The notes under the pieces were generated by a model, which was not told the origin of the DNA, did no database searches, and worked only from the letters and a program-made list of their open reading frames with translations. A stretch of DNA of 64,000 nt from Octopus vulgaris. Lineage: Eukaryota. Within the stretch, counting starts at the first letter, position 1, and each line of letters begins with the position of its first letter. This document shows positions 52,414-64,000 of this stretch, piece after piece. The stretch is from NCBI GenBank assembly GCA_951406725.2, contig OX597818.1:37076001-37140000 (forward strand), read 5' to 3'. The position numbers and the translations under genes are program-made.

Positions 52414-52826
52414 GGTTCTTTTCGGTTTGAACGGCAGTTTTTAACATAATTTCTAGGTAACTAAAAAATGTTAAACTTCGTATACTGGTAGAATGTGTTT
52501 ATAAAACATCTTTTTCTCTTGGTTTTATTGAGAAAATTCTATAATTTGTAAGATATTTGTTGTTTTTTTCTTCAATTTCTGCAATTTCAACCAATCACTG
52601 ACGTCTATTGAAGGTGAAAACATTCTGTGCCGTATGAATATGTCCCTCGTTTAAGAAACAGATTGGGTTTATTTACCTTTGTGAAGAAAAAAAGGATACC
52701 CTTTCCCCTCACCCCTAACCCTAAAACAGATTGAAATGCAATAGATCGATACTAGGGTCATAATTATGGGTGACAATTTCATATAACACCGCTAGAAAAA
52801 AACTGCCGTTCAAACCGAAAAGATCC
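52414..52826. mobile_element. MITE with GG..CC termini and 8-bp TSD (Merlin-like)
   Basis: TIR GG(T/A)TCTTTTCGGTTTGAACGGCAGTTTTT; TSD TGATCAAG at 52406-52413 and 52827-52834. Confidence 0.88.
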
Positions 52827-53889
52827 TGATCAAGTTATAATTAATCAAGATGAGCACTGAAAATTAGCAAAAATTTTATTTAGTATTGATTTCAAACATA
52901 GGCACATGGCCAAACATTTTGGGAGAGGGTGTAGTCGATTAGCTTGGCCTTAGTAATGAACTGGGACTTGGTACTTATTTTATCAACACCGGAAGGATGA
53001 AATGCGAAGTTGAAATCAGCAGGATATTTGAATTCAGAAGGTAGAAAAAATGCAACCACTACTGCAATTAAAATATATCGTTAAGAGTTTTACGGACGCA
53101 GTAGTTAATGAATTCACATGATTATGAATATCCTACATCATTGAGAAACGCTGAAGATTTTTATCTAGTGTGTCTAGATCATAGAATATTCTTATGTATG
53201 TCTATATTGCAAAGGAAATATTTCATCTCAGCATACTGGCTAACGAAATACTCCGACCAGCTATTTACGTTGGGATATATTGTACTTTTCATTATATTTA
53301 TTCACAATTAAAAACCTTTGCCATGAACATGGCGCAAGCTGGCATTAAGGAAATATGTATTCAATCTATAAAAAAAGGTACCATTTTAACTGCACAGCCT
53401 GCTAGTTTGTCGCAGTATATAACTTTATTCAAAGGTGATCAATACAAGCCTGAACTAATAAACTCATTTGTATTCCAATTGCTTCTTCATCAATTCATAA
53501 TTTTCAATCTTATTAGATTGAAATTATCCCCGATAAACTGATTAACACGGCTGTTGTATAATTAATTTGTACATGATTTTAAGGTATGAAATAGCCGGAA
53601 ATTTTTTTTTGCAAAATGTGATTCTTTATTCTTGAACATCATTTTTGTTCGTTCGATAACAAACCAGAAAGCTATGTTGTACGGCAACATCTCCGTTTAT
53701 ATTTATAATGTTTTAGTAAGAGACAAATTAGGAAGCGAATTTTCGTTGAATTTACATTGCATTACTGGTACTTCATTTGTCGCTTATTATCAACCAGTAA
53801 TAAATATCGATTCAGAAACGTACAAAACGTGAAGCTGAACCTATTTGGATTTGAAATTAGAACTTAGAACGAAATTAATATGCAAATAG

Positions 53890-55370
53890 GTGCAGGTGAG
53901 GCTGTATGGTACAAAGTTTGCTTCCCAACCACATGTTAAGGGTTTCAGTCCCACTGTGTGACACCTTGGAAAAATGTCGTCTATCATAGCCCCGAGCCGA
54001 TTAAAGGTTCGTGAGTGGATTTGGTAGACGGAAACTGAAATAAGCACTGTCGAATATGTATGTGTGCACGCGCGCGTGTCTTTGTGTTTGTGTTTGTCCC
54101 TACCACCGCTTGATAACCGGTGTTGGTTTGTTTACGTCCCTGTAACTTAGCTGTTCGGCAGAAAGAGAGCGATAATATAAGTAAGTACTACGATTAGAAA
54201 AAAAGTAAGTCCTGGGGCCAGTTAGTTTGGCTTAGCCCTTCAAGGCGGTGCTCCAGCATGGCTGCAGTCTAATGACTGAAACAAGTAAAAGATAAAAGAT
54301 ATTCATTTGGTTTGGCAATCTGTTGCTTCGAATAGTTTATTGAGAGAATAGACCAACTGATTGATGCATAAATTGAATTATTGACTGATCGAATGATATG
54401 TTTGCATGTTTTCCCTTTCATCTAAGTTCGAATATTTACATCTAAACAGTACAAGGATAACTTAGTATAGTTAGTAATAAATTATATTACAACTACTGAG
54501 GCATTGTTTTATAGAAAAGGAGTTTATTTGTGTTAATTTAAGTTCTGATAGACAATTATAGTTTACGAGCGTAATTTAAATTTATAATGGGGCAACAGAA
54601 CAAGCATAAATACGGTGGTCTAAATAACATAATGAGTACCAGCACGGCTTCTGTAAGAGCGAGATCTACAAGAAAATTTCCTGTCAAATGTCACTCACTA
54701 GTGAATCATCATTCTTGAGCGATTTGGTAAAAACGGTGTGGTTGGATATGTCTTAAGCAAAGATTTCGTATCTGGTATACGAATCTCTTAACTCAGCTGG
54801 CTACCTATAAGATCCAACTATCTTCCCTCTCTTGAATAGAAGGTTTCCTGTCAGATATCAAGATTCTCATTCACTAGCCGACACTGTATCAACTCTGGTG
54901 TACATCATTGTTTGATTTTGCCCCTTAACTCTTTCATCCACACATCAAGCGCCTATTTGCGTCACTTCCTATAACGTCCACTCTTATAGGTGTAAGAGAG
55001 GCTGTGTGGTAAGTAGCTCGTTTACCAACCACATGGTTCCAGGTTCAGTCTCCCTGCGTGGCACCTTGGGCAAGTGTCTTCTACTATAGCCTCGGGCCGA
55101 CCAAAGCCTTGTGAGTGAATTTGGTAGACGGAAACTGAAAAGAAGCCCGTCGTATATATATATTTGTATGTATATATGTATGTGTGTGTGTATGTGTCTG
55201 TATTTGTACCCCCGACATCGCTTGACAATCGTCTCCTGTAACTTAGCGGTTCGGCAAAAGAAACCGATATAATAAGTACTAGGCTTACAAAGAATAAGTC
55301 CTGGGGTCGATTGCTGGTCAGTGCTCCAGCATGGCCGCAGTCAAATAACTGAAACAAGTAAAAGAGATTA
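53890..55370 (+). mobile_element. Two family A SINEs (53890-54298, 54988-55370)
   Basis: Homology to family A. Confidence 0.85.
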
Positions 55371-56978
55371 AAGAGTATGTCATTCTGCACTCACTAATTT
55401 TTCCGTACCGAATTATCAAGTACAAGCACCTTAGACACCTCCGCCAATTTTGCACTAACTTCATAAGGAAAAACCTTGGAAACATTCTCTAACAGGGCCA
55501 TACCAATCTTGTCTCCTTCAACACAGTTCCTACACATTTCAACAAAATATCATCGTACCCACCCAAGCTCCAAAGCATGAACAACACGCAACAAACACCT
55601 TCAAGGTTGCTACAAAAACATCAGTCTTTGCCAACAGTTATTATCTCTCTTGACGATCTCGCACACTCGACGCAACAACGTAGCCAGGAGTATTGCATAA
55701 AAACCTAATGTTTCTGTTCAGAGCAAGAAAATACTTCAGCTCTGACAACTACAAATTATTTACAAAGCTAAGGCGAAACTTATAACAAATACTGTAGCCA
55801 CAGTCCAGACTATTACTGCTACACAAACTAGTCAGTATCCAAAAGTGGTCAGCCAGGCTGATTAACATAAAGTCGCTTGCGAACTCACTCGAACTTTATT
55901 CCACAGACATCACGCTGCCGGCTTAATCTGCATTTTCTGTCGCTTCTTCAGTACCCTCTACTCCTTATAACTGACTAGTCTAGTGTCAGCTCTTCTTAGA
56001 AACTCTGCAACTTACTCGTCTTTCTTCTATTTGTCATTCTATACTGTACCCTCTCCCACCCCAGGCTCCGCATCCTAACCCTAACCCTGACTTCTCATTT
56101 TTCGCAATCCTTCCTCTCTAGAACGTCGGCTCTCTGAAAATTCTCCCACTATCGCTTGCCATCAACTTCTTTGTTTTCCCTAGTCTCTAAAAAACTGTAA
56201 AGGATGTGAGTACAATTCCTTCCTTCAGACTAAATTAATGAAAGTAAAGGGCACAAAACAATTCCAAGAAATTTCGATTCCTCTGCCTCAGACAGGAAAT
56301 GTTCTTTGACAAAACCTTTTTATGTTCTAATTCGATGGCTAAAGACAATTGGATATTATACGACCTGTAATTTCGTTTATTAAGATAAAAATAAAGGAAA
56401 TTATTTGAATATCCAATGCAGTTTTAGATTAACTTAGTACTGTCCAACCCTAGGTCTATTTCTATCGAACAGACTCGAATGAGAATGTGCAGTGGCCAAC
56501 CGATATTTTTCTCCCTCACAGTGTATCTTGGACTGCAATATCCACTGTCTCTTTCTTCTTGTTTCAGATAGTAGGGTTTAGTTTTTGCTAGTAATTCTAA
56601 CAGGTCAAGCGACCACATAGGGGCATCTTCTTTGGGTCGTCGTTGTATTAACTTTGTCTGGTAAGTTACTTTATATTAGACGAGATGTTACGTTCTTCCA
56701 ATTATTTAAATTTTAATCACAACAAATCCTTAAGAGATTTTAAAGTATATTTTGATATGAACTGAAGACCATAGTTGTGATCCAGTCATTTGGCACTCAA
56801 CTGAGATATACTGGTAGTAATTCAGTAGAATACATGAGTTTATAGAACTGAAATCGTAATTAAAATCATACATACATATAAATACATATATATACACAAA
56901 TACATACATATACACAAATACATACATATACACACACATACACACATACACACACATACACATACATACATACATACA

Positions 56979-57009
<31 letters not shown>

Positions 57010-57169
57010 GAGCATGTTTAGATATATAAGTACATGCCTAAGACATACATAAAAAAATTTGTTCGTATACATACATACACACACACCCGCCTACAAACAC
57101 CCGCTTACAAACACCCGCCTACACACACACATATGTATACATACATACAATACATACAAAAATACTCTA

Positions 57170-57262
57170 CTGATGTTGAAATTCCAATGAAGGAGCCTTG
57201 GATCTAGGTTAGAAACCGGGTCTTTATTGGCAAGAAAACTTGAAGTAAACTGAATAATGATA
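57170..57262 (+). repeat. Short (TACA)n-associated repeat family D (also 25168-25265, 43500-43582, and 24775-24808 and 63595-63695 inverted)
   Basis: GATGTTGAAATTCCAATGAAGGAGCCTTGGATCTAGGTTAGAAACCGG...GGCAAGAAATCTTGAAATAAACTGAATAATGA. Confidence 0.8.
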
Positions 57263-57271
57263 TACATACAA

Positions 57272-57306
<35 letters not shown>

Positions 57307-58754
57307 TACATACATACATACATACATACATACATACATACATACATACATACATACATACATACATACATACATACATACATACATACATACATACAGC
57401 AAGTGGAATCTAGAGAAGCTCAAAATAGAAAACACGTAGTAGTGCTCAAATAATTTGAGCTCCAAAGTTTTTTTTTATCAAAGACTAGGTCCACAGGGTA
57501 AAGAGTGGCTATACGAGAAATCCAGGTGAGCAGATATGGAGATTGTGGTGTAGATAAACACGATGAGGCTTGACATATATAGAGAGAGATAAATAAATAA
57601 ATGATATACATATATAGATATATAGATATATATATAGACACAAAAACTAAATATATTCAGAATATTAACACATATGTAAAACATGTGAGTGTGTCTGCCT
57701 GCCTGCATGTATGTATGTATGACTAGTAACTCTGCTAACATTTCACTGAGTTATTCAACAGTATACAGTATTTCCAGGTATCGGTTCATCGTTTTAATCA
57801 TAAGAACTACTGCTACTTTAATATTGTAGTCTTATGACAGGTATATCTTAAAGCAAAACACCTGCTTTTAAACGTACGTAGATAACCAATCTTTGCTATC
57901 AAGGAAAGCAGATGATATGTGTAAACTAACAGAATCTGAAGTTTTATCAGTAGTAAAATCTATCAGTAGTAAAGATCGTTGAAATAAATCCCCCAAAGGA
58001 CATTTAAGCGTTTGTTTCGCGGCGTTGCGAGTAAGCGTTAAGCTTCGTAGTGTGAAGCGTTAATCGCACAGTATAGAACGTCAGTTTATCGTAATCACAA
58101 CTTCGATAACTGGGTGAACTGAGGCGCGAATGATTAAAGTGTATTGTCCAAATTCATAACGAAATTCCTGCAATGATTTTGAACTCAGCTCCTATCAGTA
58201 ATCCAATAATTCGAATAAGTGTTTTCCCCCTATGTTCGTAATTCCATTACACCGACCTGAACATATATATGAAAAACCCATATGCAGAAAAATAACAAGA
58301 CACGAAGTTAACATCATACGTATATCATATTTTCTAAGAATAATGAGCAATTGCTCAGAATTTGCTGGATATTGCTGGTCTGCATTGAATTGCGAAATCT
58401 AAATGAGTTTCCGTTGTTGTTCGTTTGTGTGTTAGTATCAGATGTGCGTCTCCAATTTTATTGTCCTTATGAGATGTGCAGCATTGCTCAAATGAAGGTG
58501 AAAAGTTGACTGGGTCTAACCTGCAGCTAATCGGCCAGAATCAGGGAATAGACGTAACGATTAAATTAGAATTTTTTTTTTGACTGAAGGGTTGTGAGAT
58601 GCAAAGAATGGAGACCCTTAACATATCAATAAGGTTCCACATGTAATCGAGTTTGTCTATCTAAGGTTGCTCTTGTCTAGTCATTTCAGGGTACGTAAAC
58701 GAAAGCCGCTAGCAATAAATCTTAGAAAATATATCTGCAAATCATGTAATATAT

Positions 58755-58922
58755 TCTTTTACTTGTTTCAGTCATTTGACTGCGGCCATGATGGAGCACC
58801 GCCTTTAGTCGAACAAATTGACCCCTAGTACTTATGCTATTGGGCTCTTTCGCAGGACCGCTAAATTACGGAGACGTAAACACACCAGCATCGATTGTCA
58901 AGCGGTGGTGGGGGACAAACAC
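58755..58922 (-). mobile_element. 3' half of a family A SINE
   Basis: CTTTTACTTGTTTCAGTCATTTGACTGCGGCCATG. Confidence 0.85.
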
Positions 58923-58926
58923 ACAT

Positions 58927-59045
<119 letters not shown>

Positions 59046-59581
59046 TATGTATGTATGTATGTATGTGTGTATGTATGCGTGTATGTGTGTATGTATGTAT
59101 ATGGGAATTAGTACACATGGGAATCGAACCCACACCTCTTATTTTTGCGATAAGTTTACTTACCAAACACTGATCTAAGTTAATCTTTTTCTTAATGCTG
59201 TCGTTATTCTCTAACTTTCGTGAATAAGTACCCGAGCACAACTTTTGCTTCAATTTTCTTTCCAGTAGATCATTCCATTTACTTTTGCGTCACAAGCAAC
59301 ATTTGTACTCAAAGAATACCTATTCTTCACCCACTCTCAAAATATCATTAATCATTTAGAATATACTTGTGATTTAGTTATGTTAAATCTGGTGATGCTA
59401 TACTGGTGATAGGTTATATCTGGTGATGCTATACAGCATTTAAAGGTAGTTTAGAAGAGCCTTATGACTCGGCCTCCTTCTTTCCATGTAATATAAATCG
59501 CGTTGGTTTCACTGTTGATACAGAAGCTGATGGTAGCTGCATTTTCATCCAAGTTACGAAAATTTTCAAGTACTCAGTCTA

Positions 59582-59798
59582 CAAAGGGGTGCTGAAGAAT
59601 TCCTGGCTTTGGGTAAAAGGAAATACAGGCGGATCAGTTAATTATGATTTTATTAAACATATTTCCCTTCTCAGATTCATACACTTACTGCAGCGGTCCT
59701 TCAGTTTTTCTAAGTCTTGTAAAAGGACTCAGAAGGCTTGGCCTCTAGCCAGGCCTTTCGCGAAACTCTTAAAACCAGGAACTTTTCAGCACCCCTCG
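59582..59798. mobile_element. 217-bp mariner-type MITE with TA TSD
   Basis: TA|CAAAGGGGTGCTGAAGAATTCCTGG ... CCAGGAACTTTTCAGCACCCCTCG|TA. Confidence 0.85.
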
Positions 59799-59800
59799 TA

Positions 59801-60110
59801 GTACCCCGAATACTGATACAAGCACTGATGTTGCAAAAGTGTTTTGGTATATAGACTTATTGAATCAGGATAGTTCTGATTTTATACATTCCAAAAGTCT
59901 GCTTAAATATTCTTTTAGCACTCTAGTTTTGCTCACACAGCCAACGTATGCAACATCCTCATCAATTTCAAGATATTTGTAGCGTTCTTCATTAGAGACG
60001 GGGTAGATAGACAGGCCATTGATATCTCTATTCCTTCTGTGGTCACAAACCTTTTCTCTATCGACTACCAACTATGAACACCTCATACTGATCAAACTTC
60101 ACTTCATTGC
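59801..60110 (-). mobile_element. R4/Dong-type LINE RT fragment, interrupted by the MITE
   Basis: YKYLEIDE...KEYLSRLLECIKSELS*FNKSIYQNTFATSVL...FG matches YKYLGI...EYxxRxxxIxKSxL...NK...NxFAxPV. Confidence 0.7.
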
Positions 60111-60123
60111 CTCATTAAAAATG

Positions 60124-60242
60124 TTAAGACCAGTTTTAAGACCAGTTCTAAGACCAGTTTTAAGACCAGTTTTAAGACCAGTTCTAAGACCAGTTCTAAG
60201 ACCAGTTTTAAGACCAGTTTTAAGACCAGTTTTAAGACCAGT
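60124..60242. repeat. 12-bp minisatellite TAAGACCAGTT(T/C), about 10 copies
   Basis: Direct inspection; source of the RPVL/LVLK ORFs. Confidence 0.95.
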
Positions 60243-60567
60243 GTTGTACATATATATGTATATATATGTGCACGTATGCTTTTCTGTTTTAATAATTTGA
60301 AATCCATTTATAAAGTAGCTGGTATGTTATAAAGAAACAAGGAAACAAAGAACAGTCCCTCTTCGGAGGCAGTTACATAACCAAGAATACACTAATAATT
60401 ACAAGGATAAATCGAAAGTTATTGTCCGGGTTTAGTATAAGCCGATTTCTAATAAAATCGGTATACATGCTTTCTTCTACTTTCACCTTTAAGATTATGT
60501 TGACGTCAGTTGGGCGAATGATTTCTTCTGCGGACAACCACTTTTTTTTTAATCTTATCTTAGATAA

Positions 60568-62288
60568 CACTGTATAACAATGAAAAATAAACGGAAATGA
60601 GAATAACCATTTCTATGGGTATTTTGTGTGTAGGCCACGAATATAACATCCGTTTCTTTCCGTGACCCTCCAGTTTCTCGTAAATTACCATCTTACTTAC
60701 GCTAAATACACTGATGGTTCCACAGAAATCGAGTGCAAACAGGGTTGGGCCAAAACTGACAACTCTAAAAGTTATGAATGGATTTTGATATAATGTTAAT
60801 GGAATGTTTCTAAGGTATTTGTCAACCTAACCTATGAAAATTATAAAAGTACACTCAAAATTTTCATAGTTATATGGGTCCAAATCCGTGGTGGATCTGA
60901 CAAGAAATCACATCTCATCGCCCAACCTGAAATCAATGATCTAGTTCGTGGTCTAACACTTACTAAGCAACAGAGTGAAGTCCTGGCCTCACGTCTGCAA
61001 CAATGGAACCTGTTGGATAAAGATATTCGAATTACAGTATTTAGGAAGCGTTCTGCAGACCTACAGCAATTCTTCACTTTCGAAAACAACTAGACTTATT
61101 GTAATGATATCGGAGAACTATTCAATGCCCTTGAGCTGACCAATGAACTAAATAAGTAGGTATTACTCATAGATGAATCCCTTTACAACATAAAAGCGGT
61201 TCTGTTGCACATTGAGAATACCATACTTTCAGTTTCAATTGCTCACTCAATCATTTTAAGAGAGACATATGAGAACCTCGCTTTTATTCTAGACCGCATA
61301 CGTTACAAAGAGCATTAGTGGTTAATTTGTGCGGACTTGAAAGTAGTAACCAAGCTTAATGGGCTACAAACTGAATACACCAAGTTTTTATGCTTCCTTT
61401 TCAGGTGAGACGGTCGGGCCAAATCAGAACATTATGTACACTCATAATGGCTACCTCGAGAAACTATGACGCCTGGATGCCATAATGTAAATCATGGGCT
61501 ACTAAGTTAAGAAGGAGAAAATCTTTTTGCCACTACTGCATATAAAACTAGGCCTAATGAAGCAATTTACCAAAGCGCTGCATAATAACAAGCTATGTTT
61601 CTGGTACCACAAGACGATTTTCCTTAAAATAAGTGAAGCCAAGATTAAAGAGGACATATTCGCAGGCCCTCAGATTTGTCATCTTATAGCTGATGAAGAC
61701 TTCGAGGTGACAATAGATGAAACTGAGCTAGCGGCTTGGCATGCATTCAAAGATGTATGCAAAGGACTTCTGGGAAAGCGCCAAGTGGCCCAGCGACAGA
61801 GTATAGTGGAGAGCCTAATCAAGTGCTACCAAGAACTCGGATGCAATATGTCACTGAAGATACACTTTCTTCATTCTCGTCTGTCCTTCTTCCCAGAGAA
61901 TGCAGATGTGAGTGATGAACATGGAGAGATGTTCTATCAAGATATAGCGTCAATGGAAACAGGTATTAGACGGAATGGAGCCCAGTTATGCTGGCTGACT
62001 TCTGGAACTTGAAGCGTGATACACCTGAGACGTCTTATAAACGAAGAAGTAATTCTAAAATGTAGGTTAATACATTATATAATGTTAACAAACACGCCGA
62101 TTCATTATGTATTCATAAATTTGGGGGCAAAATAAATTTATGGTATCGTAGAAATTGGTGTAAATTGTATAGTTACTAAGTCGGTAATTTACACGAAAAT
62201 GTGCCGTGGTGGGAAATTTTTGTTATTAAATTCGAATTTAGCACAATCAACTTCATAATAAAATGACCGTGAAATTTGTTGTACAGTG
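60568..62288 (+). mobile_element. Chapaev3-type (CMC) DNA transposon with decayed transposase
   Basis: Termini TAA|CACTGTATAACAA ... TTGTTGTACAGTG|TAA. Motifs LPLLHIKLGLMKQFTKAL, SEAKIKEDIFAGPQI and GCNMSLKIHFLHSRLSFFPEN..VSDEHGE; stops and frameshifts. Confidence 0.88.
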
Positions 62289-63009
62289 TAAATATTTCTG
62301 CTCTATAGGGACTACATATGACGGAGATTTTGACGCTGCTCTCTACATTGCTGTAACTTCCCATATTTTTACCTTCAAGATTATCCTTTCAGCAGAATCC
62401 AATATATAGTGATGTTAACAACACCATGTTTCAAGTATAGATTATGTGGCAACATTTTCGGTCAGGCATTTATTATGCGAGTCATATAGAAGCTTCATAG
62501 GTAGATTTATTAACATCTCATTTTTATGCACTAGATATTTTGTTGTTATTTCATGTTCCTAGATTGCAAAAGCATACTCTCAATTTCTTTTTCATTAAAT
62601 TTTATTCAACCATTCTTCTCAGATGACAGAATTTTTATCGACAACTTTTAACATTTGATAAACGGTGAAGCGATTTTAGTCAGTTTCTCTATCATCAATA
62701 TTTTATTTTTTAATTTTATTTCTTCTTAACTTTTCATTTTTTTTTCTTTTTGTTATGAGAAATTTATTTGCTTCATTGGCCTTTATGAATATCTCCCATC
62801 TTCCCAGACTTGCAACTTTGGTCATCAGTTAGATTTGATGCTTAGAAACTCTTCACTGCATATTGAGGACTATGTATGCATGCATGTATGTATATATGAA
62901 TGTATGCATGTATGTATGCATGTATGTATGTATGTATGTACGTATGTATGTATGTATGTACGTATGTATGTATGTACGTATGTATATATGTATGTATGAA
63001 TGTATGTCA

Positions 63010-63560
63010 GGTCACTTTCGAGTGCTACTGGTAACATGTAACCCAGTACAACCTGTTGCATGGTCGGGTCGTCGGCGACTAAATCGGCAACCCCACCAAG
63101 CCTGCTTGGTGAGGAGGGTCTTTATTGGACACCCTGCGGGATGAAAAACAAAACCCGTTAAAGGGCAGAGGAACTCTTGAGAGTCAACGGCCATCTAATA
63201 AATGTCTTAAGGCTGTATCATGCACGGGGACATAGAAATAATCAGACTGAATACCCAATCGCACGGTTAAACCATTGTGAGTGAAGGACTCTTAGCCTTT
63301 GTTAGGGCATCCGTCTAGGAGAAGGTAACTCAGATAACTGGGATAACTCCGACATAAAACCTGCGGCTCAGTGGTTACTGATGATGTTGACTTGTTCTTC
63401 TTTTCGGATTATGGCTGCTGTTGCTTAGTGAGTGGGATTGGCTGAGTGCACAGCCTTTCTTCACTTAAAAAAAAAGCTTCTTGCACAGGCATTGCACGAT
63501 AACAACATTGATTAAGCTTCGTGCAATGGCCATACTCGATAAGGAGGGGGGCAGCCACCA
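63010..63560 (+). mobile_element. Probable RTE-type LINE 5' UTR beginning with an HDV-like ribozyme fold
   Basis: GC-richer segment starting abruptly after (TATG)n; contains GGCATCCGTCTAGGAGAAGG; P1-P2-P3-P1.1-P4 layout at 63010-63087. Confidence 0.5.
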
Positions 63561-63859
63561 TATGTATGTATGAATATATACTTGTATATATTCATATCAT
63601 TAGTCAGATTTATTTCAAGATTTCTTGCCAGTAGAGAAAGAACCGGTTTCTAACCTAGATTCAAGATTCCTTCATTGGAATTTCAACAACATCAATGGGG
63701 TATTTTTGCATGCATTTGTATTTTATGTGCTGTATTTGGAGTCACTGCATGTGCAGATTGGTGTATTTTGCTTTTTGTGTGCATTCTCATGTATATAGTT
63801 ACAGTCTAGACATGCACCATGTATGCATCTATCTATCTATCTTTCTTTCTTTCTATCTA

Positions 63860-64000
63860 TATAGCGTCAATGAAAACAGATATAAGAGGAAATGGGGCCC
63901 AGTTATGCTGGCTGACTTCTGGAACCTGAAGCGTGACACGCCTGAGACGTCTTATACACGAAGAAGTAAAACTAAAATGTAGGTTAATACATTATATAAT
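63860..64000 (+). mobile_element. Second partial copy of the Chapaev3 3' region (runs off the window)
   Basis: Closely matches 61943-62083. Confidence 0.88.

Noticed and set aside
53194-53541. 115-aa non-repetitive ORF
   Set aside because: No recognisable domain or convincing splice signals; compatible with chance.
56074-56090. CCTAACCCTAACCCTGA telomere-like repeat
   Set aside because: Under three units, inside decayed LINE sequence.
60124-60242. Regular repeat that could suggest a CRISPR array or repeat protein
   Set aside because: Contiguous 12-bp units with no spacers, in eukaryotic context with no cas genes.

Overview
AT-rich, gene-poor animal DNA full of (TA)n, (TG)n, (TACA)n and (GATA)n microsatellites and tRNA-derived SINEs. 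The repeat repertoire suggests a coleoid cephalopod such as Octopus (inference). No complete gene is visible, and nearly all long ORFs in the track are microsatellite artefacts. Recognisable elements are decayed CR1, RTE, R4/Dong-type and L2/CR1-type LINEs, Penelope-like RT and GIY-YIG fragments, Tc1 (DD36E spacing) and maT-like transposase relics, a TIR/TSD-complete Chapaev3 transposon, Merlin-like and mariner-like MITEs, two non-autonomous Helitrons and three abundant SINE families. The main hidden signal is ribozymes. About a dozen loci carry minimal type I hammerhead motifs from several Penelope-like families, mostly in fold-back repeats and some with compensatory U3-A8 cores. One is a tRNA-headed (Pol III) element ending in an intact hammerhead (50327-50794). 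A degenerate HDV-like fold marks the 5' end of an RTE-like UTR (63010). There are also several candidate minus-strand exons; one is duplicated in inverted orientation about 1.9 kb away and could form long dsRNA. Coordinates were read by eye, and repeat boundaries are approximate.
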